From Raillietiella orientalis (Eukaryota): DNA of 64,000 nt. Of this stretch, positions 36,901 to 49,899 are shown piece by piece (positions within the stretch are counted from its first letter, which is position 1; the number at the start of each line of letters is the position of its first letter). Under the pieces are notes generated by a model that saw nothing but the letters and a program-made list of their open reading frames with translations, made no database searches and was not told the origin of the DNA. The translations under genes and the position numbers were made by a program. The DNA lies in assembly GCA_036172245.1 (NCBI GenBank), contig JAYWIR010000027.1, forward strand, positions 1,674,001 through 1,738,000, in the 5' to 3' direction.

Positions 36901-39900
36901 TTGAGAACTAAAGTTGAAATACTTCATTGTCTTTGTGACTTTCGTCTTGATGCACTAGATGTAGGAGAATTATTAAAGGTAAAAGTTGTTTTCCTCTTCT
37001 TTTGAAACGTTCATTTCTTTGATATTTTTGAATTAATATTCCAGAAATTGCATGCTGAAAATTGTGTACTTGGTATCCTGCAGAATTTATTTAAGTACAA
37101 AAGGAGTAATTTCATGTATAGTTCACTGTCTAAATGGTGCAAATGTTGATTTTGCTCACTTTTTGCCTTTGTCTTTCAGAATTTTGAAGCAGATAGTTTG
37201 AGGGTGGAGCCTCTTGGAACTGATGATAACAATTCTGTGTACTGGTACTTTTATGGAACTCGTTTATATAGAGAGGATTTAAACAATGAAGTACGCTGTT
37301 CGCTTTTTTAAATGTGTATCAATTTTGCATTATTTGCAGTTATTTTCGTACTGTTTTTAGCCTTGTTTAAAAAAACAGTACTTACTGCACTTTGAAATGA
37401 TTTTATTTTCGTCAGCATGTGCAACTTTATGTACATAATAATTATGAGGCATTTTGAGTTGATAATACTTGTTTTTGTTTTTGTATGAGAAAAAAAAATG
37501 GATCAGATGATCGATGCCACATGATTGACGATCACAGATGAACTACATATAACAAACTCAAAATGAAAAGACCATGTTTTGAAAAGTTTTTTCGAAAAGA
37601 CGATTCATTAAAATTCCCTTGTACATGTTTAAATGATTCTCAGCATTGTTTGTAAATCAGCACATGGGGTTGTTTTCGCGTCAGTTCTATAATGTATGCT
37701 ATTTAATTACAGTGAGTTTGAGGAGTCCTTCAAGCATAATGAAATGGACATCAGTTCGTAATTCCCGTAGTAAAGTTCAATATACTTCGCCATCGGAGTG
37801 TTTTATATGCTGAGGCTTTTGTGTTTTTGAGTGTTGTAAGCATTTCCATAACGGAATGTGTTAAACTGTAAGAAGTAAGATTGGAAGTTTGATGACCAGC
37901 CTGAATGATCTAGTGATTAAGAGGAAACCTATAAGAAACTTGAGATACTTTGTTATTTTGGTACTTAACACATGATTGTGAGGAAGGAAGACAAAGAAAA
38001 CAGAAATCCAAATTTAAAAAATGTTTAACATTATTCGAGATAATTCAAATACCTATATGATAAATTCTAAATGTGAAAGAAACTAAGTGATTGGATTCTA
38101 GTTGATTGATCACTCTGGTTGCATAATTTTACATTATCTGAATGGGATGCTCCCAAAGCTGAGCTTGTGCAACATATTTTGTGATGCTATCAGCAGAAAT
38201 TGTTTAACGATTAATCACATATTCCAGAAAGTTTCTTCAAATTGTGACTTGCAATTGTCTGTTTTATATAAACTTTGCTAGTTCTGAATGGTTGCATGTT
38301 ATCTCACCACATGCACCTTTCCCTTTTTCTTTTTAAAAAAAATTCGGTTGTTGCCTTGTGTAAAATTAAAGAGGTTTTGGGAATCACAGTATGATGTGTG
38401 TGATGTTAAATATGTTATTGTGTAATGTAAATATGTGTTTGGTAAACATGAATTAAGCATCAAATTTGAATCAGAAATTTTAAACTTATATTCTCTCTTT
38501 AATCAGGCATCCAAAAAGAAAAGTGTTTCATCAAAAAAGTCAAAAAATGATAAGAAGAAACCAGATGAAAGAACAGAAATATCAGAAGTCCCGAAAGCTT
38601 CTGTGTGGCAAGTTATATGTTATACTCAGGAGGATTGGGAACGAATAACCCAGAAATTTGAGCAAGCTCAATCACAAAATGAAAAAGAGCTTTTTTGCAC
38701 CTTGCAAGAAGATTTTCTTCCAGAAATACCACGACTGTTTGCAGAGAGAGAATGGCTACAAAGGTTACATTGTTAGCTGTGTTTACAATTGTTTTTATGG
38801 ATTTATTTTTATTTAAGGAAACGAATTCTAGAAGTAACTCCTAGAAGGAGTTCATCCCGCATTGAGAGGATCAAACAACAAAAGGAAGAAAAGTTGTCTC
38901 TTGAAGCAGCTGAATCCGATCACACTATTGTAAAATGTGTTGAAAAGAAAGAAGAGACTTCAGAAGTTCCTCCTGCTTACCCCTGTGAAAAGGAATCCTT
39001 AGAAGATTCAACAGCAATGATTGAAGATAACAACACAATTGAGGAAGTACAAACTGTTGTTGACATTTCCGCATTGCAGCCTGATGAAATGGAAAACACA
39101 AGAAACGTCATGGATGATGATGCTCTTGTGACTAGGTATTTTGATAAGAAAACAATGACAATTCGCTTCTGAATACTTATAGAGACTTGGACGTGATATG
39201 CAATGAAGAAATCTCATCCTGCAGCAGTTCTTCACCTAGTGAAATGAACGAAGTTCAGAATAATGATAGCTTGCTTTCATTGACCACAGGTCGACGTACA
39301 ATGAATTCCTTGTCAACAGTTGAATTTCCCATTGCGTTCTGCTCTGAAAACAAGTATGAGTCAAGATGCTGATTTTTTTTAAAAAAAAAATAATAATAAT
39401 AATAATTATGAGTACACTCTTATTGCTGAATCTGTGTATATTGATTAAAATATTGTTTTCAGTAATTGCATTCCTGTTGATATGAATTTTCACCTTTATT
39501 ACTTAGATTTGATAATGAATTAAAGTATGTGCCCATTTCCTTAATTGTGTTTCGGTTTTTAGGACAAGAAAAAAACAACCAAAATTGCGAAGCAGTATGA
39601 AGAAAGTGTTGTCTTATTTGAAAAGCCTTGATGAAGCTGAGCTCCTGCTTAGTCTAAGTTGTGGAGGAATCAACCTCAAACCAATATTAAATCTTAAGCA
39701 AATGGAAAAGAAGTTGCTGTCTGGAGCATACCAAGATGTACAACAGTTTGAAGAGGATTTTCAGTCAATAGTTGATGCATATCGCAAATTACATGTTAAA
39801 GATAGCAGTAAGCAGGATGTGAACATAAATTTTTTCATGACTTTACTATTCTGTTTTATGTTATGTCAAAGTTGAGAGAAACATTAATGATTTTGCAATT

Positions 39901-42900
39901 ATTTTTGTGATTAATGGTCATTTTGATGGTTTGACTAGCAAGTGGTATAGTGATGATGGTTGTTTGACAATGAAGCAGTTTTTTTTTATTTTAGATCATA
40001 ACTGATTATTAATTTGTGAGTAGGGAAATACAAAAATATGGAAACTAGACGAAGTGGGAGAAGGTATATGCTTGTGTTTATTTAAAATTATAAGAAATAT
40101 GTAGGTCACAGTATCTGTGCATTTTGATGACCTATAATTTGCTTTGACACCAGATGTAGCCATTTCCGTAATTAGTTAAAGGACTTTCTCAGCATTCTGA
40201 TGCATTTGTTTTCCTTTGTTTCTTTGACCAATTTAAGTCTTGTTACTTGTGTTCCTTTGATCAGTCTTCTATCTATCCTTGTGTATCACAGTCTTATTAA
40301 AGCTCCTTGTGCTAGTAGCATTGATTTGCAGCATCCATGATGGTGCATTCAAGAGTAGAAGTATGTAAGTTTCGATTCAAAACAGTGCCATTAATTCATA
40401 GCTTTTTGAACATTTGTTATATACCCCTAAACATGTTAGGTACCTGACTTGTTATTTGTGCAAACAATTATCTGATATTCTCTGGAATTTCATTTTATTC
40501 GTGGATGATAAACCGAATTTGTCAAAAGACAAAACTTTGTAGGTTTCTTCCCGTTTTTCGACATCAATGACATTTAGCACTCCTGTTGATGAACTTCGTT
40601 GTTTGCAGTTTTCATTTTTGCTAGGCATATAGGTCCAAAATTTTTGAATCGTCAGTAGTTTCTCTAAATTACATCTTGCTTTTTTGTGCACGTCTATTTG
40701 CCATATAAGTTGACTGTACAGTTTATGGATCAACACCTGCATCCATGATTGTGTGATTATTGTGTCAACAGAGCAGATTATCGGAGTAGTCTTTAGGAAA
40801 TGATTAATGAAATGTCATTAATGAAACATCGACATACTTGAAGTCTTCAGGCAGAAAGTTTGTCAGATTGACTGGTATAGTTTTTTTTTTAAAACTAAAT
40901 ACCTAACTTTCAAATCCTCGAACTGATAGTATTTGTTTTGTATTTTCAGAAGTTCTAAATGTGTGAATTTCAAATGCTTGAAGCAAACGTAAGACTTGAG
41001 AGATCTAAAGGAGAATGTGATTATTTGTGTATAAAGAGTTTTGTGCATGGGGAAGCCATGCAAACTAGAAAAAATGATAATTTTCAGAGTGCATGTGCAT
41101 GTCTTCATGAAATAAAACAAGTATTCCTTTCTGTAAAGTGTTTGTAAATGAGATTACTTGAGGAAACACTGATTTGGAAGCAAAGAAAGGGTTCAAGTTC
41201 CTTATGTGATTATCATGCGTCTTTATTCAGGAGAATTAATAATCTTCACAAGTAATAGTTCATAGATAGGTTTTGCACATCACTCCTTGTTGTAACAGCA
41301 GTGCTATGAAGAAGCAATTTGTAAATGTTCAATGTCTTAAGGATTTCTTGTGTACTTCAAGATGACTTGAAAGCCATTTTTTTCATGTTGTTTCATAATA
41401 CAGGGTCGATTTTCTCATAGAGTAAATAGGTCACTGATTTTTACTCATTTTAGAATGACAGACTTGGTCATAATTTGGTAGGTCAATTTTTCGATTAATA
41501 GGTTCAGATTGTAGTTCTGGACAATTTTGGTGCCTTCTGTGCTCAGCTAATTTAGAATGTGGAATACAGTTGAAATACCGTATGCCAACATTAAGGTACA
41601 CAAGATGTCTGTATTTGTTGACGGTAGGATTCAGATCATTTTTCTCCAGTCTGTAACAGATTCAAGAGATAGCATGAATGTGTTGAATTGCTTCACCAAG
41701 AACAAGACCTAGGTTTTCAAACATTCTTCTATATTTTGCATGTAATAAATATTGTGTCTTGTTTTTGTGTAGAGTATTTGAGTAATGAAGGATTTGTTTT
41801 CCAAACAGGTTATCATTTGGAAGATAGGGCAAGAATTTAGGTGTTAGGTGTTTGCATTGCTGTATATTCTACCCAAAATGGCATCCCACCCTGCTCCACG
41901 AGTTTGTAATTCAAGAAGTGGAATTTGTAGATCTTAGTCTTTTTTAATTTTATTTCTTTCCAAAGGTCCTCCTAGTTTGAAAGTTAGCAGTAGTATTAAA
42001 ATGATTATTTATTTTCATGTGGGTGGAAGTCTGCTTATTTGCCATTTATTTTGTAAACATCCTGTGTGCTGAGTCGTTAGACATGAATAATGCAAAGAAT
42101 ATTGTTATTTTTTAGAAAATCTCAGTCGAGCTCGAAGTCTTCAACAAGAATTTGGCAAAGCTGTTCATAAATATATTACATCAAAAATGTTGATTGGTGA
42201 TGGAAAAAGAGCTGCAGGTAGAAGAAACAGTGAAATTTGGGAATCGAATTCGGAGGATGAAAATACTGATAAATATGTTACATCAGAAGATTCCAAGATG
42301 TATAACCATGTAGATGAAGAAAAGTCAGATGATTCTGATGTTGATTACTGCTCCTCCAAAGCTTCCAACAAACTTAACAATTCCAAGTGCACAGTGAAGT
42401 CTAATGTTTCAGTAAGTTCGTCTGTGCATTCATCCACAAAAAAGGGAAAAGCAGAGAACAAGATGGATCAGTTGAGTGCTTTAGCTGTTGAAACCGAACA
42501 AGCACTTAAAGTAAGCCCCTTACTGTTATCTTTTGAAGTTTGTCTGATCCCTTGCATGTAAAAATTGATGTTGTATTCAGCATGATCGTGGAAACTTGCT
42601 TTAGTGTACAACCTGATTTGCATTAGATCAGGATGTGCAAACAAACACTTTGTTGAGTGCTACATAGAAGAAATCCTATTGAGTGACAGTTTTCGACAGC
42701 CCGATGCATTCTTAGGACTTTAAATACTAGGAGTGCTTGAAGATCATTTTTTGGTCATGTGTTTTCAGGGTTTTGTGTTTGTCAAATGCATAAGAAATTT
42801 TCTCTTGGAAATAAAAAATAATCGCACCGTACAAGACAAATGAAAACGAAAAATTTCCGTCTCCTACATCGCCTGTCTGTATGCTGGAGAACAAAGAGAT

Positions 42901-45900
42901 CATATGTGAAAGTGTTGATAGGAACAGATTCCCATGTTCAGACACCGTAAAGCTAATGTGTGTTCCTTGATGATCATGAATTTAACTTTCAGCAAAAGTT
43001 GAGGTTTCACAGAAATTGAGGAAATCGAGGAAGTTCACTGTTGCTGTTGTCATTCTTGCATCCATTTATCCATTTACCATCACCACTCATGCTTTGTAGT
43101 TTCAACGGTAGTTTGTTTGTTTTATGGCTTTGTTTGCTGTTATTTTCAGCAAATTCGGATAAATTTAAGGGAATTCAGTACCTAACTTTCAGTATTTTGT
43201 TTCTTAGGTGTTTTTTGTTTTGACGTAGCATCACTTTGCATGATGTCATGCTGATCTTACGGGTAAAGAACTCTCAATTCTTGACCTTTAGCCACGCATT
43301 TCTTTCGGAATATTTGTTATAGCGAGAAAAAAGGAACGCCTAGTAGTCACTGTAGTTTTAGTGCTCTTGTACACTTCACATGCTTTCTCAGATTTTTCAC
43401 CAATCCCAAGTTTCAGTACCTGTTTATTTAACTTTCTCCAAGGAAGTAATTTAATGCTTGTGTATCTGTTCACGGCTGTTTCCTGTTTTTCAGTCTCTCT
43501 AGAAAGTGCTATAGTGGATTCCTCTGATATGTTATCTTATAACTTGGTCACAACCAGAACTGATGCATGTATATTAGTGCAATGGAATAAATCAAAACAA
43601 AAACAGAGACATGTACGTGTTCAGCCCCATTGCTAGGCATATTGTTATTGGTGCATTATGCAAACTGTAATTGCTGACACCATGAAGTCTCCGTTTTTGT
43701 CAATGAGAGCGAAATGGAGAAGCAGAGCAGCATTCGAAGCTTCACTTTGAAGCAAAGTAGCTTGCTGAAAGTGAAAATTGGTGCCAGGGTTTTTTTCTGC
43801 AAAACTTATCAGGGATCCATTTTTCCTCTCACAATATTTCCCGGAAGATCTGACTGGGCCCATTTTTAGAGGATTTGCTTTTGTCCCCGCCCATTCTGAA
43901 TCAGGACTAGGTCTTCGTCATTTATCTCTAAAGGACGTTACTGTCAGAAAGATCGACTAGGAGATCAGTGCTGGAAACCCTAAAGAAGACTCATGTGGGA
44001 GGCACACGCTATTCGAATACCAGCGGTGGACGCTCATGAAATCAGATTTGCATTTCTCTTAAAGTTTGCTCGCAGTACCTTCAAACTTTAGCTTCCAGGA
44101 GTGATGGTGTCGAGTCCATTACACTATGAGGTGCAATAGCTGCTCATAGTTGATATTCTTTCTGATGTTTTAGTTCTTTTGTTTGTGCCGTAGAGAGACA
44201 CTCTTCTTGTAGCGAATTCAAGGTGGCATGTTCATGTAGACAGCAAGTGGTAATGGCATCAAATAATCCCTAAGCACAAGAATATGATCTCTGAGCACAC
44301 GAATGCGTTCACTGACAGTAGCTTGCTTTTGTCTTTCACTGGTGGGACGTTGGTTACGGTTCAACATTTGCCTGTGCCATGGAAACGGTTCCCATGTATC
44401 ATCCGTTTGTCACATGATTTAGTTGCATTTCCAGTCGGATACAGAGATGGAAACTGGGAGTTCTTGCGTCCTCGATGTATCGTTGCAAGTGGCTGTTTGA
44501 AAGTGGCACCGCAGTTATGTGACGCGCTTTAATAAATTCCTGTCTGGTACATGGACTGCCTCCTGCCATTCGCCGCTGATTGCCTGTCGTGCCCACCAGA
44601 AGTCGCGTGAGGTATGCCGCTGATTCGCCAACAAGCCGAAAGGTATCAGTTGGCTGTTGATCTAAGTTGCGAGTATCGCGGTGGCGATGAGTGTTTACCG
44701 GAGCACTTGGTCTCAAGCGGAAATTTGCTGCAGACGACAGCAAAGTGTTTGGCTGGGCAGAAGGAAATGATTCTGTAGCTCTTGTATCTTTCGGCGTTGC
44801 TTGTATTGATTCCTTTTTCGTCTTTTTGCTTTCAAGGACCTTAATAAATGGCTCCACGAAACCCCCGTGTTCGAAGAGTACGGATGCTCGACGTTTCCGG
44901 AGTCCAACGAGGAGTCTGCGACCAACAACTCTACGAGCCCGGCGCAGAGCAGCAACAAAACCGTAGAGGCAACTGCTGTTATCAAGCACAAGCAGCAGAA
45001 GCTAGAGAAAGCGACAGCAGTAAAAAATAATGAGAAGATCCTTCCGAAGGTTCCGAAAAACATTCGGAAAGACAAGAATATCAAAAGGCTTCTTCCCGGG
45101 AAAAGCAAAGGAAATTTGATTAACGACTGTTCCAAAGAAAGGATGAAGATTGGGTCGGCTCACTTTAATAGTTTGATGCCCAGAATCAAAGAAAGCTCGA
45201 AAGGTGCTCAGCAAACCGGGACAGTGAAAAGTGAAGGGCTGCAACTGTCGATGGGTGCTGTGTTAAATGTAAACTTCATTTCAAGCCAGGAAACCAAGGC
45301 AGAATGCAACATCGAGCACGAGGAAGGAGCACTAACGGACGCCGTCGGTGGTGCCCACGACAGCAGCCACAAACACTGTGATTTGGTTGTCAGCAACGAA
45401 GAAACAATAAAAGACGCAATGAATCTGTTGGACTTAGCAAAGAGCTCTGAGGGTCAAGGCAGTAAAGCATTTGTGTGTGCCGAGGACAGCAAAGCTGTCC
45501 CCAATTTGAACGCGTGGTTCAAGGCGTTTGGAGGACCCAAGGCCGTGAAAGCGAAGGGAGCGAAGGAGCACGAAGCGCTGCAGTCGGCCCCCAAGTGTGA
45601 TGACAAAAGGAAGACGGACAGCGCATGTGCTCCCTCCAAGAGCGAAAGCAACCTACACAGACCAGGCGCCCAGCCTTGCTCACGCCCCTGCGAAAGTGTT
45701 GCACAGTTGAGGAATCAGGAATCTGTGATCCCAGCAGCCGATTGCGAGGCGTACGCGCCACTGGCAAACCCTCCCGGCTCCTTCGTTCACACGGACTACG
45801 GATTCCACGCTTTCAGCCGGCCTCCAGCAGGACCATTGACTGACGTCCACGCGGACCTTCGGAGGGACCCCGGCAGAGCAGCCGGCCTTCTCAAAAATGC

Positions 45901-47755
45901 TGCCGCTGCCTCACAGGGTCCGCCTCTATGCGACGACAAAAAGCAGCTGCCGTACGGTGCTTGTCCTTTGTCCAGTGCAGCCATATCCAAAGCTGGCGGG
46001 GGCGGAGGTCCCGCGAAGGTGACGGAGTGCGCGCCTCCAGTGGCTGCAGCTCCCAGTGCCAAAAATATCCCGTACAAGAAGAACATAGCCAGCTTATACG
46101 CCGAGGCACAAGAGGTGTCCTCCAGAAAGCACCAGTCTTCCGAAACGCAACCGAAAACCAAAGAGAAGCATCAGAAATCCGGTGTGAGCGCTTCCGGCCT
46201 GCCGTCCAGCCCTGCGGATGCTTCCCCGAATCCATACGTTGGCTCCCTGCGGGACGGCACCTGCTTCCCTCACATCTACCCTCCCCAGCCTTACTACCCC
46301 AACAGTTTCCCTGGAGGCCTGGCCGGTCTGCCCCAGGTTGTGCCCAAACCGCTTCCCGACGAGATCATGGATTTGCGCAACCTCGAGGTGGGTCAGGAAG
46401 CGGTGGAGAAGAGACCGCGCGAAAGGCAGCCTGCGAAGCCTCCTCCCGCAGCCGAAAAAAAGTCTTCCAAGAAGCAGCAGCAGCTGGGCAGCCTGCACCC
46501 CCCGGTGGCAGATCCAGAGAGCTATTACGGCTACCTGGGAGAGGACGCAGGCGGCGTCAAGTCGCTGCAGCAGGCCAGCGCGCCTTACTTCGCCGCCCTT
46601 CCCGACGACGCCGGCTGTGCACAGTTGCCTCACCTGAACCTGAAGGCGCCGACGACGACGACGGATTTCCGGAAGCCCTGTGATACCGCCGACCTCAAGC
46701 CGCAAGACTTCCATGCCCTCCCGATGATTTCTGCCGCAGCTTCCATGCCGTACAGCGAATCGCTCTTCGGCGGCCCGCACGCCTACACCAAGTCCGGCCT
46801 GTACTCCGCTCCCGTGGACGCCTCCCTGGCCGCCCTGAACCGGGGTCACCACTTGATCCCGGGTTTCGAGAGCGAGAGGCTACCCGTCCCTCTGACCAGC
46901 TCCGCCTCGAGCATCTCTGCGATGCAGAACCTGAACGGGTTCATCTCCGGTATCCCGATGAACCCGACGGAGCTGGATACGAACGTGGCCTATCAGCACC
47001 CGCAGCACCTGCAGGCCGTGGAGAAGCCCGGCCCGTACTCCTCTTCCGCCTCCGTGGACGGCCCGCTCTCCAAGGACAGGATGGAGGAGTTCTACATCAA
47101 CAACCTGAACCCTGCCCCAGAGCAGCTGAACTTCGGCCCGCCCGACGGACTGTATCCGGCGCCTCCGTACCACGCGATCAACCGGTTCGCAACCGCCCCC
47201 TTCCACGTGGTGCCGCCTCCGCCCAAGGCCGGCGATGGAGGCGGCGGTGGCGGCCACGCGCCGCTCGACAAGTTCCGACAGAACTTCCCCTTCCCGGCGC
47301 ACTCGGCGGGCTTCGAGCAGGCAGCTGCAGCCGCGGCCGCACACGTCGGCTTCGCTTTCCCGGGCTTACCGCCTCCGCCCAACCACCACCACCACCACCC
47401 GCTGCCCCACTCCCTCTCCTTGTCGCAGGCCGCAGGCGTACCCTCCAAGCAGGTGCAACACATCGGCCCGCACCAGTTCATCAACCCCTCGATCTCCCAC
47501 CATTCGTTCATATCGAGGAACTTCCTCGATCCCGGCTCTGCGGCGGCTGCGGCTGCGGCGTTCTACCCTCAGTACCTGCAGCAGAGGCAGGAGGAGTTCC
47601 TGGTATGCCCCGCGGCGCCCAATCCGGCGGTGACCTTCCACAACCACACGGGAGTCGTGTTCCAGCAGGGCCTCGCCCCCCAGCCTAGCTTCTCCAGCGG
47701 GTACCCAATCAACATCGGGCAGACTTTCCAGAACATCAACAAGCACTTCTTTTAA
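32957..47755 (+). CDS. CECR2: CECR2/dikar-like chromatin-remodelling (ISWI-partner) protein, 11 exons, about 1602 aa: DDT-like/WHIM N-terminus, degenerate bromodomain, long Pro/Ala/Ser-rich tail
   Basis: Exons 32957-32963 (ATGGCTA|gtgagt; least certain), 33273-33364, 36412-36573, 36847-36978, 37180-37290, 38507-38763, 38818-39135, 39183-39353, 39563-39807, 42116-42510 and 44837-47755; total 4809 nt, phases consistent, all GT-AG. Motifs: [133 protein letters not shown]. Confidence 0.9.
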
Positions 47756-47963
47756 TGACGGTAGCGGCATTCTCCTCCTTCGGATATGTCTCCCCCCCCC
47801 TTCCCCTTCCCGGATATTTTGTGATGGTTTTGTACATACCCGAGAGTTTTACTTCAGAATGCCTATTTATCCTTGCGAGCACGCGCGCCGCCAGCTCTCC
47901 TGTGTGACTACAATCGTAGGAAATTCTTATGACGCGTTCTTATACATTGTTATTTAGTGAGTA

Positions 47964-47969
47964 AATAAA
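47964..47969 (+). terminator. Candidate polyadenylation signal of the CECR2-like gene
   Basis: AATAAA about 210 nt after the stop, at the end of an AT-rich UTR-like stretch and just before the GC-rich repeat block. Confidence 0.55.
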
Positions 47970-48662
47970 TATGACATATCAGTGGCCAGCAGTGGTGGCA
48001 GCGAGCCGGCGACGTGCGTGCGACAACGTGACTCCCGAAGGACCGCGTCCTCCGTCCCGAACGGATCGTCCGCGCCGCCTCTTCCCGAGGTCGCTCGGAG
48101 GATTGGGCGTCGGCGGTCGCAGAGGGCGGCCAGGTTTCGCGTGCTCAGGAGGTGCCCGTTGGGAGGCTGGCTGACAGATGGGGCCGGCAAGGGCGTGCCG
48201 CTCAGCTTTGTTTCAGTTTTTTTTTTTCCGTCATCACAACATTCCATTAATGAATCCTCGAACCGTATCGGATGAGTAAGATAAAAAAAAAAAAAAAAAA
48301 TTACTGCCTCAGGTGTTTTCGATCTTACACGCAGCATCCAATACCACCCCATGTCGAAGTAGAGTACCTACTTTTCCATCAAATAGGCCGAGGCCAGCGT
48401 GAGTACCATGCAGGTCGGCCCATGCATCAGACATCGAATTGAGGACGACGTGCTTTCCATCGCGTCACGGGGCTGCTCCTTAAAAAAAAAAAAAAAAAAA
48501 AACCCTCTGCATTCCAAAACACCTAAACAGGAATGAGGGTGCTTCCGCGGAAGTGATGCAATGAATAGTGCAAGCTGCTTGGAACTCCGCGGTCTCTGAC
48601 GGAGCCAGAAGAAAGCGAGACAGAAGATTTCCGGACGTTTGGTGACCAGTCACGTTTCGTGT

Positions 48663-49737
48663 AGGGTCTTCCTGAGGACTCCGTCGCTGGCGGCCGCCTG
48701 TCTGCAGTCCCCCCGGAGCCCGTGACGGACGCTGCCACTCTTGCAGTGCCAGCGCGCTCCTGCATTCGGAACCAGTCGCAGCCGGCACCATCTCAGCGCC
48801 GTTCTCTCTGAATGCTCGAATCGCAGCAGCAGCCGTGTTTGAGCCCAAGGCGTCGACTTCTTACAGACGAGCGTCCTCCACTGCGCTCCGATCGAAATGA
48901 TTGGGTGTTGCACCCAACAGCTGCTGCACTGTCTGGACTTGTTTCACCTCGTTCCCTTTTCTAGGTGTTTACCACCGTGCAGATGAGTGCTCTGATGCAC
49001 GCCGTCGATGGATAAGTGTTCGACTTTTGTTCACGGTTTGTTGATCTTGTGAAACATGCATTAAGAAGAGGGGGAATCTCCATCAACTCTTCCTGTTTAG
49101 TCGCCTGTCCCCTTCGACTCGCCCTCACGATGGAAGGGGGAAGGGAGATTCGTGAGGGCGAGTCACAGGCGACGGTGGCTTCTCTGGTTCTGCCAAACGC
49201 CAGGAAGTTTCGATGCTCGAGCAAGCAACCTTTCTGACGTGCGCTCCCCAAGGCGAATGCCCCCACTATCGCGCCGCGCTCCTCCGGCGGGGAGCAGGGC
49301 GCCCCGGTGTCCCTTGCTCTCCGCCGTTTGCCGGAGGGTGGGTGGGACGCGGCCATGCTGCGGAAGCTCTTTCGGACTGGCGGAGGGAAGGGCGCGCCGC
49401 TGGGACGGCTGGCTGCCCGTGGCAGCTTCTGGTCACCGCCGCCGCGGCCGCGGATCACAAAATCTACCCTCAGGCTGCGAATCCGCTAGGCCACCTGCCC
49501 CCGTAAGCGTGGGGCATCCGAGCGGAAGTCATTGGCGATGCACCTTCGAAGATTTCTCCTTCGTCCCTCTCCCGTAGGGTCCCAGGCAGCAGCTCGCACG
49601 GAGCTGCTCTCGACGCATGAGTAAAGCTGGTAAACGGGATGCCCCGAGATGATCTGCAGCCTCTCATCTCGCGTGATCTGCTCCAAGGTCTTCCTGAGAA
49701 CTCCGTCGTCGGCGGCCGCCTGTGTGCAGTCCCTCCA
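48663..49737. repeat. Pair of about 50-bp diverged direct repeats (48663-48712 and 49686-49737) within unclassified decayed repeat DNA
   Basis: ggtcttcctgaggactccgtcgctggcggccgcctgtctgcagtccc vs ggtcttcctgagaactccgtcgtcggcggccgcctgtgtgcagtccc; minus-strand peptide DC(R/T)QAAA(S/D)DGVLRKTL in both. Confidence 0.85.
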
Positions 49738-49899
49738 CGTGCGGCACAGAACGTCGCGGGTTCCAATCCCGCTCAGGAAAGGGAGGGTTGACGCCAAGAA
49801 CGGAGGGCGCGTCGTGGACTTCCGGCACCCCACCCCGCAGGACGGCGCTGGTTGCCCCACGGGCGTCGGGTGCTGCGGTGCCGGTGGAAGCCCTCGTCG

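Noticed and set aside
42810..42946. Exon-like segment ([14 protein letters not shown]...) with a GT donor in intron 10
   Set aside because: It has an in-frame stop just upstream and no suitable acceptor, and it would split the contiguous EQALK|DLNKW motif.
46094..47770. Antisense and alternate-frame ORFs over the CECR2-like terminal exon
   Set aside because: Shadow ORFs of a high-GC3 coding exon.
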